Positions 9,348 to 19,859 of a stretch of 64,000 bases of DNA are shown piece after piece. Location of the stretch: contig CAVVKJ010000010.1 in the NCBI GenBank assembly GCA_963748815.1, positions 896,001-960,000 of the forward strand. The letters are read 5' to 3'. How positions within the stretch are numbered: position 1 is the stretch's first letter; every line of letters starts with the position of its first letter. The stretch comes from an uncultured Gemmatimonadales bacterium (GTDB lineage: Bacteria > Gemmatimonadota > Gemmatimonadetes > Gemmatimonadales > GWC2-71-9). A model generated the notes under the pieces. It was given only the letters and a program-made list of their open reading frames with translations. It did not search any database and had not been told where the DNA came from. Made by a program: the position numbers and the translations under genes.

Positions 9348-10136
9348 TTACTTCCCCGCTTCCCCGCTTCCCCGCGTCCCCGCCTCTGTCGTGGTCAGGA
9401 TCCTCGGCCCCGCCGCCGTCACCGCCACCGTGTGCTCAAAATGCGCGGAAAGGCTGCCGTCGGCGCTCACGACCGTCCACTTGTCCGACAGCGTCTTGGT
9501 GACCGGCGACCCGATGGTGATCATCGGCTCGATGGCGATGGTCATCCCCTCGAGGAGCCGGGGCCCGCGCTTCGGGCTCCCGTAGTTCGGCACCTGCGGC
9601 TCTTCGTGGAACCGGGCGCCGATGCCGTGCCCCACCAGTTCCCGCACCACGCCGAACCCGGCCCCTTCCGCCACCGTCTGCACCGCGTGCCCGATGTCAC
9701 CGATGTGATTGCCGATCCGCGCCGCCGCGATCCCGGCCACCAGGCTCTCCTGCGTCACCGCCAGCAGCCGTTCGGTCTCCGGGGAGACCTCGCCCACCGC
9801 GATGGTGGTGGCGGAGTCGGCGTGCAGGCCGTCGAAGTGCACGCCGACGTCGACGCTCACGATGTTCCCCTCGCGAAGCACCCGCTTCTTCGAGGGAATG
9901 CCATGCACGATTTCCTGGTTGATCGAGGTGCAGAGGGTCTTGGGAAAGCCGTAGAGTCCCTTGAACGATGGGGTGGCCCCCTCGTGGCTCCGGATGAACG
10001 CCTCCGCCATGCGGTCGAGGTCCTCGGTGGACATCCCGGCCCGCGTCTCGCGCTGCAGGAGGGCCAGCACGCCGTGCACGATCGCGCCGGCGTGCGCCAT
10101 CGTCTCGATTTCGCGGGGAGACTTGAGGGTGATCAC
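9348..10136 (-). CDS. map: methionine aminopeptidase type I (GTG start)
   Basis: ITLKSPREI, EIVHGIP, SVDVG, HGIG..FHEEP, IAIEPM, SAHFEHT. Confidence 0.97.
   Translation of the reverse strand: MITLKSPREIETMAHAGAIVHGVLALLQRETRAGMSTEDLDRMAEAFIRSHEGATPSFKGLYGFPKTLCTSINQEIVHGIPSKKRVLREGNIVSVDVGVHFDGLHADSATTIAVGEVSPETERLLAVTQESLVAGIAAARIGNHIGDIGHAVQTVAEGAGFGVVRELVGHGIGARFHEEPQVPNYGSPKRGPRLLEGMTIAIEPMITIGSPVTKTLSDKWTVVSADGSLSAHFEHTVAVTAAGPRILTTTEAGTRGSGEAGK
9351..9382. repeat. octamer CTTCCCCG x4 inside the last codons of map
   Basis: Direct reading. Confidence 0.85.
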
Positions 10137-10705
10137 GAACCCTGCAGCGCCAGCGCCCGGCGCACCCGGGTCGCGATGTCGTCCACCGGCCCCACTGCGG
10201 GAATCCGGACCAGGCTCCCGCGCTGCTCGTACCAGGCCAGCACCGGTGCCGTCTGGTCCCGGTAGCTCTGGAGCCGCGTGGTGACCGCCGTCGGGTCGTC
10301 GTCGGCGCGTCCCTCGATGCCGCGGCGCCGCTCGATCCGTCCGAGAATTTCCGCGTCCGGGACGTCGAAGAAGAGGACCGCGGCCAGCGATCGCCTCCGC
10401 TCGGCCAGCAACCGTTCCATCCCTTCGGCCTGCGGGATCGTCCGGACCACGCCGTCGAAGATGACGCCGCCGGCCGCTGCGGGCCGGTCGAGTTCCTCCT
10501 CGATGACGCCGAGGATGATGTCGTCGCTGACCAGCTGGCCCGCCTCCATGACCGCCTTCGCCTTGAGCCCCAGCGGGGTGCCCCGGCTCACGGCCTCCCG
10601 CAGGAGGTTGCCGGTCGCGAAGGTGGGCAATCCCAGCGCTTCGCCCAGCAGCGCGCCCTGGGTGCCTTTCCCGGCCCCGGGGGGGCCCATCAACAAGATG
10701 TCCAT
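10133..10705 (-). CDS. adk: adenylate kinase, short type
   Basis: GPPGAGKGTQ, GQLVSDD, FDGVVRTIPQA, GRADD. Confidence 0.96.
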   Translation of the reverse strand: MDILLMGPPGAGKGTQGALLGEALGLPTFATGNLLREAVSRGTPLGLKAKAVMEAGQLVSDDIILGVIEEELDRPAAAGGVIFDGVVRTIPQAEGMERLLAERRRSLAAVLFFDVPDAEILGRIERRRGIEGRADDDPTAVTTRLQSYRDQTAPVLAWYEQRGSLVRIPAVGPVDDIATRVRRALALQGS

Positions 10706-10728
10706 AAGCCTGTGCATCTCCCCAAAAT

Positions 10729-10807
10729 GGACTGAGGACTGAGGACTGGGACACGGACTCGAATGACGTTTCCGCCCTCAGTCCTCAGTCCCCAGTCCTC
10801 AGTCCTC
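10729..10807. repeat. inverted clusters of the GGACTGA heptamer between secY and adk (hairpin-forming)
   Basis: GGACTGA x3 ... TCAGTCC x4. Confidence 0.9.
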
Positions 10808-10825
10808 GTCTCCGGCCGTCAACGC

Positions 10826-12139
10826 CTAAATGAAGCGCTGTTGCCGCCCCCGAAACTTGACCCGGCCCGACTTCATGAAGCCGTCGTACTTCCGGAGCTG
10901 GCGGTGCTGTTCGATCTGGGACAGGGTGTCGAGGAGCACGCCGACCACGATAAGCACCGAGGTGCCGCCGAACTGCTGCTGGACGCCGATCTTGGCGCTG
11001 AGGAAGATCGGGATGAGCGCCACCGCGGCCAGGAAGATCGCGCCCGGCAGGGTGATGCGGACCAGCACGTCGTCGATGTAGTCGGCGGTGCTCGCGCCCG
11101 GCTTCACGCCGGGGATGAACCCGCCCTGCTTCTTCAGGTTTTCCGCCACGTCCACCGAGTTGAAGATGATGGAGGTGTAGAAGTAGCTGAACAGCAGGGT
11201 CATCAACGCGAAGACGATGGCGTACGGGAGGCTGCCGGGATTGAAGAAGCCGGCCACCTCGCGGAGCGTCGCGTTCTTGGTGAAGCTCGCCAGGGTGCCC
11301 GGGACGATGATGATCGTCTGGGCGAAGATGATGGGCATCACGCTCGCCGTGAGGAGGCGGATCGGGATGAACGTCTTCTGGCCCTCGCGAATCCGCCCCC
11401 GGCCCATGACCTTGCGGGGAATCTGGATCGGGATCCGGCGCGCCGCGATCGTCATGGCCGCCGTGGCCGCCACGATGGCGACGAGCGCGGCCAGGTAGAA
11501 GAGGGCGCCGATCGGCGAGACCACGCTGCCCTTGATGAGCGAGACCAGCTGGAGCATCCCGGGCCAGAGCCGCTCGAGGATCGAGAAGGTGATGAGCAGG
11601 CTCATCCCGTTGCCGATGCCGCGCTCGGTGATCTGCTCGCCGAGCCACATCACGAAGATGGCGCCGACCGTCAGCGTCACCACCATCACCAGCCGGGAGA
11701 CGAAGTTCGGGTTGGCGACCGCGCCCGGAATCGACTCGGTGAAGAGCGTGAAGGTGTAGGCCTGGGCGAACGAGATGAACACCGTGGCGTACCGGGTCCA
11801 CTGCGTGATCGTCTTCCGGCCTTCCTCCTCCTTCTGCATCTTCGCGATGCTCGGCACGACCCCGCCGACCAGCTGGAAGATGATCGAGGCGGAGATGTAC
11901 GGCATGATGCCGAGGGCGAAGACCGTCGCGCGCGACAGTCCGCCGCCGAGCATGTCGTACAAACCGAAGAACCCGGCGGCGGCCGAGTTCCGGATGAAGT
12001 CCGAGAGCGCCTGGACGTTGACGCCCGGCGCCGCGATGTGCGCGCCGATGCGGTAAATGACCAGGGCCAGCAGCGTGAACAGGAGCTTCCGCTTCAGCTC
12101 CGGGTCGAACGAGAACGACGGGGTGTTGGGAGCAGTCAC
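10826..12139 (-). CDS. secY: preprotein translocase SecY
   Basis: ALGIMPYISASII, WLGEQITERGIGNGMSL, PGVKPG, FGGTSVLIVVGV. Confidence 0.99.
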   Translation of the reverse strand: MTAPNTPSFSFDPELKRKLLFTLLALVIYRIGAHIAAPGVNVQALSDFIRNSAAAGFFGLYDMLGGGLSRATVFALGIMPYISASIIFQLVGGVVPSIAKMQKEEEGRKTITQWTRYATVFISFAQAYTFTLFTESIPGAVANPNFVSRLVMVVTLTVGAIFVMWLGEQITERGIGNGMSLLITFSILERLWPGMLQLVSLIKGSVVSPIGALFYLAALVAIVAATAAMTIAARRIPIQIPRKVMGRGRIREGQKTFIPIRLLTASVMPIIFAQTIIIVPGTLASFTKNATLREVAGFFNPGSLPYAIVFALMTLLFSYFYTSIIFNSVDVAENLKKQGGFIPGVKPGASTADYIDDVLVRITLPGAIFLAAVALIPIFLSAKIGVQQQFGGTSVLIVVGVLLDTLSQIEQHRQLRKYDGFMKSGRVKFRGRQQRFI

Positions 12140-12607
12140 TTACGCCTCAACGCTGCCGCCGGCCGCCTCGATCTTGGCGCGGGCCGCGGCAGACACCGGA
12201 ATGCCACGGACGGCGTAGGCCCGAGCGGCCTCGCCGGTGCCGAGGATCTTGACCACCTGCTCCGCGTTCTTGATCAGCCCGGCTTCCGTCAGCGTCTCCG
12301 GGGTCACGTCCCCGCCCGCGACCGCCGCGAGGCGGGCCAGGTTGATCGGGATGGACGTCACCTTGAACGGGTTCGTGAAGCCCCGCTTCGGCAGGCGCCG
12401 GTACATCGGCATCTGCCCGCCCTCGAAGCCCGGGTTGGTCGAGCCGCCCGTGCGGGCCTTGTGGCCCTTGTGGCCCTTGCCCGAGGTCTTGCCGATGCCG
12501 GAGCCGGGGCCGCGCCCAATGCGCTTGCGCGACTGGGTCGAGCCGGCCGCCGGCTTCAGGGTCGACAGGGTGACCGACGGGGTCGCCACTTCCTTCGCCT
12601 TCGCCAT
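12140..12607 (-). CDS. rplO: 50S ribosomal protein L15
   Basis: GRGPGSGIGKTSGKGHKG, FEGGQMP. Confidence 0.98.
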   Translation of the reverse strand: MAKAKEVATPSVTLSTLKPAAGSTQSRKRIGRGPGSGIGKTSGKGHKGHKARTGGSTNPGFEGGQMPMYRRLPKRGFTNPFKVTSIPINLARLAAVAGGDVTPETLTEAGLIKNAEQVVKILGTGEAARAYAVRGIPVSAAARAKIEAAGGSVEA

Positions 12608-12867
12608 CACGCCTCCTGCGCCGGCGTCACCTCAACGAGGTGACGCACCTTGAAGAGCATCCCGCGGACCGAGGCCGAGTTGTCGAGCTCGACCGTCTGC
12701 TGGTGATGCCGAAGCCCGAGCGAGGCCAGCGTCCGCCGCATGGTGTCGGCGTGGCCGATCCCGGAGCGGATTTGCTTGACCGCGATGCGCTTCGCCGTCT
12801 TTTCGTCTGGAATCGTCGCGGCGTGGTGCTTGGGTCCCTGCCGGCCGACGACGGGATTGCGTCCCAT
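12607..12867 (-). CDS. rpmD: 50S ribosomal protein L30 with N-terminal extension
   Basis: [28 protein letters not shown]; operon position. Confidence 0.95.
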   Translation of the reverse strand: MGRNPVVGRQGPKHHAATIPDEKTAKRIAVKQIRSGIGHADTMRRTLASLGLRHHQQTVELDNSASVRGMLFKVRHLVEVTPAQEA

Positions 12868-12870
12868 GGC

Positions 12871-13504
12871 TCAGCCCTCCTGGCGCGGCTTGTAGCCGAG
12901 ATCGCTGACGTCGATGCCCCGCTCGCGCGCCACCTGGCGCACCGATACCAGCCGGGACAGCGCGTCCATGGTCGCGCCGACCATGTTGTGCGGGTTCGGG
13001 GAGCCGAGGCTCTTGGTGAGGATGTCGGTGATGCCGGCGCAGGCCAGCACCATCCGGATCGGGCCGCCCGCGATGACGCCGGTACCGGCGGAGGCGGGCT
13101 TCAGCAGCACCCGTCCGGCGCCGTGCTCGCCGACGATCTCGTGGGGGATCGTGGCGCCCGTGCGGGGCACGTCGATCATGTTGCGCTTGGCGGCGTCGAC
13201 GGCCTTGCGGACCGCCTCCGACACCTCGTTGGCCTTGCCGGTCGACGACGCCCACCTTGCCCTTGCCGTCGCCGACGGCCACGAGCGCGTTGAACGAGAA
13301 CCGCCGGCCGCCCTTGACCACCTTGGCCACGCGGTTGATGGCAATCACGTTCTCGACGTGGTCGCTGCTCCGGTCCCGGTCGCGGTCGCGGCGGGGACCC
13401 CGGTCGCGGTCGTTGCGGCCGCCGCGGCCCCGCCGCTGCTGCTGCCCGCCCTCGGACGGCGCCTCGGTGGTGCTGCCGGGGACTGCTGCCTGTTCGTCAG
13501 CCAT
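12871..13504 (-). CDS. rpsE: 30S ribosomal protein S5; frameshift near 13250, probably a sequencing error
   Basis: [16 protein letters not shown] in one frame; [25 protein letters not shown] in another. Confidence 0.95.
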
Positions 13505-13505
13505 G

Positions 13506-13877
13506 CTAGAACTCCAGTCCGCCGGCGCGCGCGCCGTCGGCGACCGCCTGCACGCGGCCATGGTATCGGTAACCTGCCCGGTCGAACACCACCGTGGTGA
13601 TGCCCGCGGCCTTCGCCTTCGCCGCGAGGAGCGTCCCGACCGCCTTGGCGCGGGCCACCTTGCCCGTGCCCTCGATCGCGATGCCCTCGCTCGTGTCGGT
13701 CACGCCGAGGATCGTCACGCCCAGGTCGTCGTTGACCAGCTGGGCGGAGATGTGCTTGAGCGACCGGAAGACCACGAGCCGCGGGCGCTCCAGCGTGCCG
13801 GCGACCTTCTGCCGGACGCGGAGGTGGCGGCGGTAGCGCTGTTCCCGGCGCGTCTTGGGTGCGTGAATCGCGCGCAT
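13506..13877 (-). CDS. rplR: 50S ribosomal protein L18
   Basis: [21 protein letters not shown]. Confidence 0.98.
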   Translation of the reverse strand: MRAIHAPKTRREQRYRRHLRVRQKVAGTLERPRLVVFRSLKHISAQLVNDDLGVTILGVTDTSEGIAIEGTGKVARAKAVGTLLAAKAKAAGITTVVFDRAGYRYHGRVQAVADGARAGGLEF

Positions 13878-13879
13878 GC

Positions 13880-14419
13880 CTACTTCGCTCCTGTCTTGCC
13901 GGCCTTGCGCCGGACCTGCTCGCCCTGGTACCGGATGCCCTTGCCCTTGTAGGGCTCGGGGGGACGGACCGACCGGATCTCGGCGGCGACCTGCCCGACG
14001 AGTTCCTTGCTCGCGCCCTGGATCCGGACCACCGTGTTGTTCTCGACCGTGATCTTGATCCCCTCGGGCGCCTTGAAGGGCACCTGGTGGGAGAGACCGA
14101 CGATCAGGTTGATGCCGTAGGGCTTCATTTCCGCCTTGTACCCGACGCCCTGGAGCTCCAGGACCTTCTGGTAGCCGGCGGTGACCCCCTCGACCATGTT
14201 GGCCACGAGCGTGCGGGTCAGGCCGTGGAGCGCCTTGTGCCGCTTCTCGTCGCTCGGGCGCTCGACGGTGACCTGCCCGTCCGCCAGCGCCACGACCATG
14301 TCGCGGGGGAGGTCCCGGGCCAGCTCGCCCTTGGGTCCCTTGACCGCGATGTGGTTGCCCTTGAGGGCCACCGTGACGCCGGACGGCACCGCCACCGGAC
14401 GCTTGCCGATACGCGACAT
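13880..14419 (-). CDS. rplF: 50S ribosomal protein L6
   Basis: MSRIGKRPV, PEPYKGKGIRY. Confidence 0.98.
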   Translation of the reverse strand: MSRIGKRPVAVPSGVTVALKGNHIAVKGPKGELARDLPRDMVVALADGQVTVERPSDEKRHKALHGLTRTLVANMVEGVTAGYQKVLELQGVGYKAEMKPYGINLIVGLSHQVPFKAPEGIKITVENNTVVRIQGASKELVGQVAAEIRSVRPPEPYKGKGIRYQGEQVRRKAGKTGAK

Positions 14420-14427
14420 GTCGCCTC

Positions 14428-14823
14428 CTACCAGACGACGGCGAGGAGCTCGCCGCCGAGGTTGGCGGTGCGCGCCTGCCGATCGGTCATGAGGCCCTTG
14501 GGCGTCGAGACGATCGCCATGCCGAGGCCGTTCTTGACCCGGGGCAAGTCGCGGCACTTGACGTACTGCCGCAGGCCCGGCGTCGAGACGCGCCGCAGCT
14601 CCCGGATGACCGGCAGCTCGTTGTGGTACTTGAGGTACAGCCGCAGCACGCCGCGACCGCCATCATCGAGCACCTTGCACTCGGCGATGTAGTGATTTTC
14701 GAGTAGCAGACGCGCCAGCTCGACCTTGAGCTTGGACGTCGGCACGTCGACTCGCCGGTGGCCCGCGGAGCAGGCGTTCCGGATGCGAGTCAGCATATCC
14801 GCGACGGGATCTGTCATGCTCAT
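14428..14823 (-). CDS. rpsH: 30S ribosomal protein S8
   Basis: DPVADMLTRIRNA, STPKGLMTD. Confidence 0.98.
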   Translation of the reverse strand: MSMTDPVADMLTRIRNACSAGHRRVDVPTSKLKVELARLLLENHYIAECKVLDDGGRGVLRLYLKYHNELPVIRELRRVSTPGLRQYVKCRDLPRVKNGLGMAIVSTPKGLMTDRQARTANLGGELLAVVW

Positions 14824-14838
14824 GTTACTTGCGTCCCC

Positions 14839-15024
14839 TTACCAACTGGCCTTGCGCACGCCCGGGATTTCCCCCTTCAGCGCGAGCTCTCGGAAGCAGA
14901 TTCGGCAGAGGCCGAACTTGCGCAGGACTGCCCGTGACCGCCCACACCGCGCACAGCGGCGGACGGCGCGCACCTTGAACTTGGGCGTGCGCTTGGCTCG
15001 TTCAATCCAACTGGTCTTTGCCAT
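14839..15024 (-). CDS. rpsN: 30S ribosomal protein S14, zinc-binding type Z
   Basis: [25 protein letters not shown]. Confidence 0.97.
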   Translation of the reverse strand: MAKTSWIERAKRTPKFKVRAVRRCARCGRSRAVLRKFGLCRICFRELALKGEIPGVRKASW

Positions 15025-15061
15025 CGTCTCTCCTGGTGGCGCCCCACGGGGCGCCGGGTAA

Positions 15062-15730
15062 TCACGCCATCGGGACCGGCGTCTCGCCGCGGAACGGCCA
15101 GCCGAGCTCGCGGAGAAGCGCCATCGCCAGGTCATCCCGCCCGGCGTTCGTCACCACCGTAATGTCCATCCCGTGGATCTTCTCGACCTTGTCGTAGTCG
15201 ATCTCGGGGAAAATCAACTGCTCCTTGATGCCGGTCGTGTAGTTGCCGCGACCGTCGAAGCTCTTGTTGGCCAGCCCGCGGAAGTCGCGGACCCGCGGCA
15301 CCGCGATGCTGATGAAGCGGTCGAGGAACTCGTACATCCGCGCGCCGCGCAGGGTCACCGCCGCGCCGACCGGCACGCCCTCGCGCAGCCCGAAGTTCGC
15401 GATCGACTTCTTGGCGCGGGTGATGACCGGCTTCTGGCCGGTGATCTGCGCCAGCTCCGCCACCACCGCGTCGAGCAGCTTCGGCGTCTTGCTGGCCTCG
15501 CCCATGCCGACGTTCAGGACCACCTTGGTGATCCGGGGCAGCTGCATCGGGTTGGTGATCCCGAACTGCTGCGCCAGGCGCGGCCGCACCACGGTCTCGT
15601 AGTACGTCTGCAGCCGGGGCGTGCCCTCGGCGGCCTTCGGGGCGGCGTCGGTGGCGCCCGCCGTCGGCTTGTCCTTGCCCGCCTTGGCCCCGCCGCCCGC
15701 CTTGGGGGCCTTCTCCTTCGTGGTCGCCAT
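15062..15730 (-). CDS. rplE: 50S ribosomal protein L5 with N-terminal extension
   Basis: [25 protein letters not shown]. Confidence 0.98.
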   Translation of the reverse strand: MATTKEKAPKAGGGAKAGKDKPTAGATDAAPKAAEGTPRLQTYYETVVRPRLAQQFGITNPMQLPRITKVVLNVGMGEASKTPKLLDAVVAELAQITGQKPVITRAKKSIANFGLREGVPVGAAVTLRGARMYEFLDRFISIAVPRVRDFRGLANKSFDGRGNYTTGIKEQLIFPEIDYDKVEKIHGMDITVVTNAGRDDLAMALLRELGWPFRGETPVPMA

Positions 15731-15731
15731 C

Positions 15732-16112
15732 TTACCTGCTCCTCGGAATCGGCTGCCCGGACTTCACGGCGATGCGCTCGACCGTCCCGTCGGTGTCCCG
15801 CCGCCGGCGCACGCGCGTCGGCTCACCGCTCTTCGGGTCGATCAGCATGGTCTTCGAGTGATGGATCGGCGCCGGGAACTCGATGATCCCGCCCTCGGTG
15901 GTCTGCGTCGCGCGGCGGTGCCGCTTCACGACGTTCACGCCGTCGACCGTCACGCGGCCCGTCTTCGGGTAGACGCGGAGCACCTTCCCCTGCTTGCCCT
16001 TGTCGTCGCCCGAGATGACCTGGACGGTGTCGCCCTTGGTGATCGGGAGGCTGAGGCGGACCACCGGCTTCTGGCGGACGCGCTTGGCCTTCTTGTACAC
16101 GAGTGGCTTCAT
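15732..16112 (-). CDS. rplX: 50S ribosomal protein L24
   Basis: [17 protein letters not shown]. Confidence 0.97.
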   Translation of the reverse strand: MKPLVYKKAKRVRQKPVVRLSLPITKGDTVQVISGDDKGKQGKVLRVYPKTGRVTVDGVNVVKRHRRATQTTEGGIIEFPAPIHHSKTMLIDPKSGEPTRVRRRRDTDGTVERIAVKSGQPIPRSR

Positions 16113-16113
16113 G

Positions 16114-16482
16114 TTACAGGACCTCCGGCGCCAGCGAGACGATCTTCATGTAGCGCTTCTCGCGGAGCTCCCGCGCCACGGGGCCGAAGATGCGGGTCGC
16201 GCGGGGCTCGCCCTTGTCGTCGATGAGGACCGCGGCGTTCTCGTCGAACCGGATGTAGGAACCGTCCTTGCGGCGGGTCTCCTTCACGGTGCGCACGATG
16301 ACCGCCTTGGCCACGTCGCCCTTCTTGACCTGGCCGGTCGGGATGGCGTCCTTGATGGCCACCACCACGGTGTCGCCGAGGCCCGCGTAGCGGCGCCGGC
16401 TCCCGCCGAGGACACGGATCACCAGCGCCTTGCGGGCGCCGGAATTGTCCGCGATTCTGAGAATGCTCTCTTGCTGAACCAT
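16114..16482 (-). CDS. rplN: 50S ribosomal protein L14
   Basis: [23 protein letters not shown]. Confidence 0.99.
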   Translation of the reverse strand: MVQQESILRIADNSGARKALVIRVLGGSRRRYAGLGDTVVVAIKDAIPTGQVKKGDVAKAVIVRTVKETRRKDGSYIRFDENAAVLIDDKGEPRATRIFGPVARELREKRYMKIVSLAPEVL

Positions 16483-16501
16483 GTCTTCCTCGTTCCGTGG
16501 G

Positions 16502-16774
16502 CTACTTGGCCCGCTTGACGATCTCGGTCACGCGCCAGTTCACGGTCTTGGCGAGCGGCCGGGTTTCCATCAGGCGGACGGTGTCCCCCACCTTCGCGCC
16601 GTGCTCGTCCCGCGCCTTCACCGTGATGGTCCGGGTCATCATCTTGCCGTAGACCGCGTGCGCGAAGCGCCGGGTCAGCGTGACCGTGACCGTCTTCTGC
16701 ATCTTGTCGCTCTTGACGACGCCGGTGCGGGTCTTCCGCTGCAGGCGGGTCGTTGCGGTTGTCTCGTCAGCCAT
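16502..16774 (-). CDS. rpsQ: 30S ribosomal protein S17
   Basis: [18 protein letters not shown]. Confidence 0.97.
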   Translation of the reverse strand: MADETTATTRLQRKTRTGVVKSDKMQKTVTVTLTRRFAHAVYGKMMTRTITVKARDEHGAKVGDTVRLMETRPLAKTVNWRVTEIVKRAK

Positions 16775-16783
16775 GATGTGCCC

Positions 16784-16978
16784 TTACGCTTTGGTCGCGC
16801 GCGAACGCAGGACCGTCAGGATCCGCGCGGTGTCCCGGCGCAACGTCCGGAACCGCATCGGGTTGTCAATCGACTCGCTCGCCGACCGGAAGCGCAGCCG
16901 GAAGCGCTCTTCCTTCAGCTCCGCGAGCTTCGCCTTCAGCTCGTCGTCGGACAGGTCCCGCAGTTCAGTCGCGTTCAT
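16784..16978 (-). CDS. rpmC: 50S ribosomal protein L29
   Basis: ELR..LKEERFRLRF..ARILT. Confidence 0.96.
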   Translation of the reverse strand: MNATELRDLSDDELKAKLAELKEERFRLRFRSASESIDNPMRFRTLRRDTARILTVLRSRATKA

Positions 16979-16981
16979 TGC

Positions 16982-17395
16982 TCAGATCTCCTCGCGCTTG
17001 ACGAAGCGCGTCCGCACCGGAAGCTTGGCCTGCGCCAGCGCCAGGGCCTTCCGCGCCAGGTCCTCGGTCACGCCCTCGACCTCGAACAGCACGCGCCCCG
17101 GCCGCACCACGGCCACCCAGCCCTCGGGATTGCCCTTGCCCTTGCCCATGCGGGTCTCGGCGGGCTTCTTCGTGATCGGCTTGTCCGGGAAGATCCGGAT
17201 CCAGACCTTGCCGCCGCGCTTCATTTCGCGGGTCATCGCGACACGCGCCGCCTCGATCTGCCGGTTCGTGATCCAGCCCGGATCGAGCGTCTTGATGGCG
17301 AACTCGCCGAACGACACCGCGATGCCCCGCGAGGCGATGCCCTTGGTCCGGCCCTTGAACGTCTTGCGAAACTTCACCCGCTTCGGTGCCAGCAT
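16982..17395 (-). CDS. rplP: 50S ribosomal protein L16
   Basis: [19 protein letters not shown]. Confidence 0.99.
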   Translation of the reverse strand: MLAPKRVKFRKTFKGRTKGIASRGIAVSFGEFAIKTLDPGWITNRQIEAARVAMTREMKRGGKVWIRIFPDKPITKKPAETRMGKGKGNPEGWVAVVRPGRVLFEVEGVTEDLARKALALAQAKLPVRTRFVKREEI

Positions 17396-17400
17396 GGTCC

Positions 17401-18060
17401 TCAGGCCCCCGTGCTGTAGGTGCGGCCGGTCATTTCCTCGACCACCTCACCCTTGAAGATCCAGACCTTGATCCCGATCGTGCCGTACGTCGTCTTGGCC
17501 GTCGAGGTCGCGTAGTCGATGTCCGCGCGCAGCGTGTGGAGCGGCACCCGGCCCTCGCGGTACCCTTCGGTCCGCGCGATTTCCGACCCGCCGAGCCGGC
17601 CCGACACCCGCACCCGGATGCCCTGGGCGCCCATCCGCATGGCGCTCTGCACCGCGCGCTTCATCGCGCGGCGGAACGAGATGCGCTGCACCAGCTGGTG
17701 CGCGATGTTGTCGGCGACGAGCTGCGACGCCACCTCGGGCCGCTTGATCTCCTCGACGTTGATCGCGGCTTCCTTGCCGGTCAGCTGGGCCAGCTCGTCG
17801 CGGAGCTTGTCCACTTCCGCGCCCCGCTTGCCGATGACCACGCCCGGCCGCCCGGTGTGCACCGTGACCGTCACCTTGCCCGGCTTCCGGTCGATGTAGA
17901 TGTCGGCGATGGCCGCATGCCCGAGCCGGGCCCGAAGGTACTTCCGGATCAGCTCGTCTTCCTTGAGCAGCGCCGGCATGTCCTTGGTGGCGAACCAGCG
18001 GGACCGCCACGGCTGCACGATGCCGAGCCGGAAACCGATCGGATGGGTCTTTTGCCCCAT
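17401..18060 (-). CDS. rpsC: 30S ribosomal protein S3
   Basis: [27 protein letters not shown]. Confidence 0.99.
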   Translation of the reverse strand: MGQKTHPIGFRLGIVQPWRSRWFATKDMPALLKEDELIRKYLRARLGHAAIADIYIDRKPGKVTVTVHTGRPGVVIGKRGAEVDKLRDELAQLTGKEAAINVEEIKRPEVASQLVADNIAHQLVQRISFRRAMKRAVQSAMRMGAQGIRVRVSGRLGGSEIARTEGYREGRVPLHTLRADIDYATSTAKTTYGTIGIKVWIFKGEVVEEMTGRTYSTGA

Positions 18061-18416
18061 TAGATGCTCCCCTTCGAGGCCACGTGAATCGTCACGTGGC
18101 TGGTCCGCTTGCGGATCGGGGTCGCGCGGCCCTGCGCCGCGGCGGTGAACCGCTTGAGCGGCTGCCCCATGTCCACCATCGCCTTCGACACGTAGAGCGC
18201 GTCCACGTCGAACGACTCGTTGTCCCGCAAGGCCAGCTGCTCCGCGTTCGAGACCGCCGACTTCAGCGTCTTCTCGATTTGCCGCGCCGCCAGCTTCTTG
18301 TTGAACTTGAGGATCGCGTACGCCTCGTTCACGTCCTTGCCGCGGATCAGGTCCGCGACGAGCCGCATCTTCTGGGGCGACTGGCGCACCAGCCGCTGAA
18401 TCGCTGTGCCTGGCAT
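18060..18416 (-). CDS. rplV: 50S ribosomal protein L22
   Basis: [21 protein letters not shown]. Confidence 0.97.
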   Translation of the reverse strand: MPGTAIQRLVRQSPQKMRLVADLIRGKDVNEAYAILKFNKKLAARQIEKTLKSAVSNAEQLALRDNESFDVDALYVSKAMVDMGQPLKRFTAAAQGRATPIRKRTSHVTIHVASKGSI

Positions 18417-18418
18417 CG

Positions 18419-18709
18419 TCACTCCGGCTTGGCCTTCTTGTCCGCCACGATCTTGCCGCTGTGGCCGCGGAACAGTCGCGTGGGCGAGAATTCGCCCAGC
18501 TTGTGCCCCACCATGTTTTCCGTCACGTACACCGGCACGAACTTGTTGCCGTTGTGGACGGCGAAGGTGTGTCCCACGAACTCGGGCAGGATCGTGCTCG
18601 CCCGGCTCCAGGTCTTCACGACCTTCTTCTCGTTTTTCTGGTTCAGGGCCTCGACCTTCAGGAGCAATGCGTCCTGGACGAACGGGCCCTTCTTGATGCT
18701 ACGTGCCAT
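18419..18709 (-). CDS. rpsS: 30S ribosomal protein S19
   Basis: [22 protein letters not shown]. Confidence 0.99.
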   Translation of the reverse strand: MARSIKKGPFVQDALLLKVEALNQKNEKKVVKTWSRASTILPEFVGHTFAVHNGNKFVPVYVTENMVGHKLGEFSPTRLFRGHSGKIVADKKAKPE

Positions 18710-18727
18710 GTCAGAATCCCCAGTGGC

Positions 18728-19567
18728 CTACTTCGTGGCCTTGCCGCGGCGACGGCCGCGCACGATGTGCTTGGTGGACGCCTTCTTGTGGTGCCGCGTC
18801 TTCTTGCCTTCGGCCTTGCCCCACGGCGAGACCGGCGGACGGCCGCCCGACGACTTGCCTTCGCCGCCGCCCAGCGGGTGGTCGACCGGGTTCATCGCGA
18901 CGCCGCGGACGCTCGGCTTGATGCCCAGCCAGCGGCTCTTGCCCGCCTTGCCGACCGACAGCAGCTCGTGCTCCGAGTTGCCGACCTCGCCGATCGTCGC
19001 CAGGCACCGCCCGTGAATCCGCCGCACCTCGGTGGACTTGAGGCGGAGCGTCACGTAGTCGCCTTCCTTGGCCACCACCTGGCAGCCCGACCCGGCCGAG
19101 CGCGCCATCTGGCCGCCCTTGCCGATCTTGAGCTCCACGTTGTGCACCATCGTGCCCAGCGGGATCTCGGAGAGCGGGACCGCGTTGCCCAGCCGGATGT
19201 CCGCGCCCGGGCCCGACATCACCGCATCGCCCTGCTTCAGGCCGGTCGGGTGCAGGATGTAGCGCTTCTCGCCGTCGGCGTACACCAGGAGGGCGATGCG
19301 CGCCGTCCGGTTCGGGTCGTACTCGATTTCCGACACCTTGGCCGGGATCCCGAACTTGTTGCGCTTGAAATCGATCTTCCGGTACTGCCGCTTGTGCCCG
19401 CCGCCGATGTGGCGCGACGTCATGTGCCCCTTGTTGTTCCGGCCGCCGCTCTTGGGCAGCGGCTCCAGCAGGGACTTCTCCGGCGTGCCGCGCGTGATCT
19501 CGTCGAACCCGGAGACCGAGCGGAAGCGCGTGCCGGCCGTCATCGGGCGGAACTGTCGAATGGTCAT
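18728..19567 (-). CDS. rplB: 50S ribosomal protein L2
   Basis: [26 protein letters not shown]. Confidence 0.99.
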   Translation of the reverse strand: MTIRQFRPMTAGTRFRSVSGFDEITRGTPEKSLLEPLPKSGGRNNKGHMTSRHIGGGHKRQYRKIDFKRNKFGIPAKVSEIEYDPNRTARIALLVYADGEKRYILHPTGLKQGDAVMSGPGADIRLGNAVPLSEIPLGTMVHNVELKIGKGGQMARSAGSGCQVVAKEGDYVTLRLKSTEVRRIHGRCLATIGEVGNSEHELLSVGKAGKSRWLGIKPSVRGVAMNPVDHPLGGGEGKSSGGRPPVSPWGKAEGKKTRHHKKASTKHIVRGRRRGKATK

Positions 19568-19571
19568 GGGC

Positions 19572-19859
19572 TCAGCCCTCGAAAACCGGGAGAGTCTCGC
19601 CGTCCTTGAGGACGACGATGGCCTTCTTCCACCGGGCGGTCGTGCCCCGCGTGCGGCCCCGGGTCACCTCGTGCCGCCGCATCTGCATGGTGCGGACGTC
19701 GGTCGCGGTGACGCCGAACAGCTTCAGGAGCGCATCCCGGATCTGGTACTTGTTGGCGTCCGGATGCACCTGGAACGCGTACTCCTTGCGCGCCTGGTAG
19801 GCCGCCGAGCTCTTCTCGGTGATCAGCGGCTTGACGATCACTTCGTGCAGGGCGGGCAT
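19572..19859 (-). CDS. rplW: 50S ribosomal protein L23
   Basis: PLITEKS, ANKYQI, WKKAIV. Confidence 0.97.
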   Translation of the reverse strand: MPALHEVIVKPLITEKSSAAYQARKEYAFQVHPDANKYQIRDALLKLFGVTATDVRTMQMRRHEVTRGRTRGTTARWKKAIVVLKDGETLPVFEG

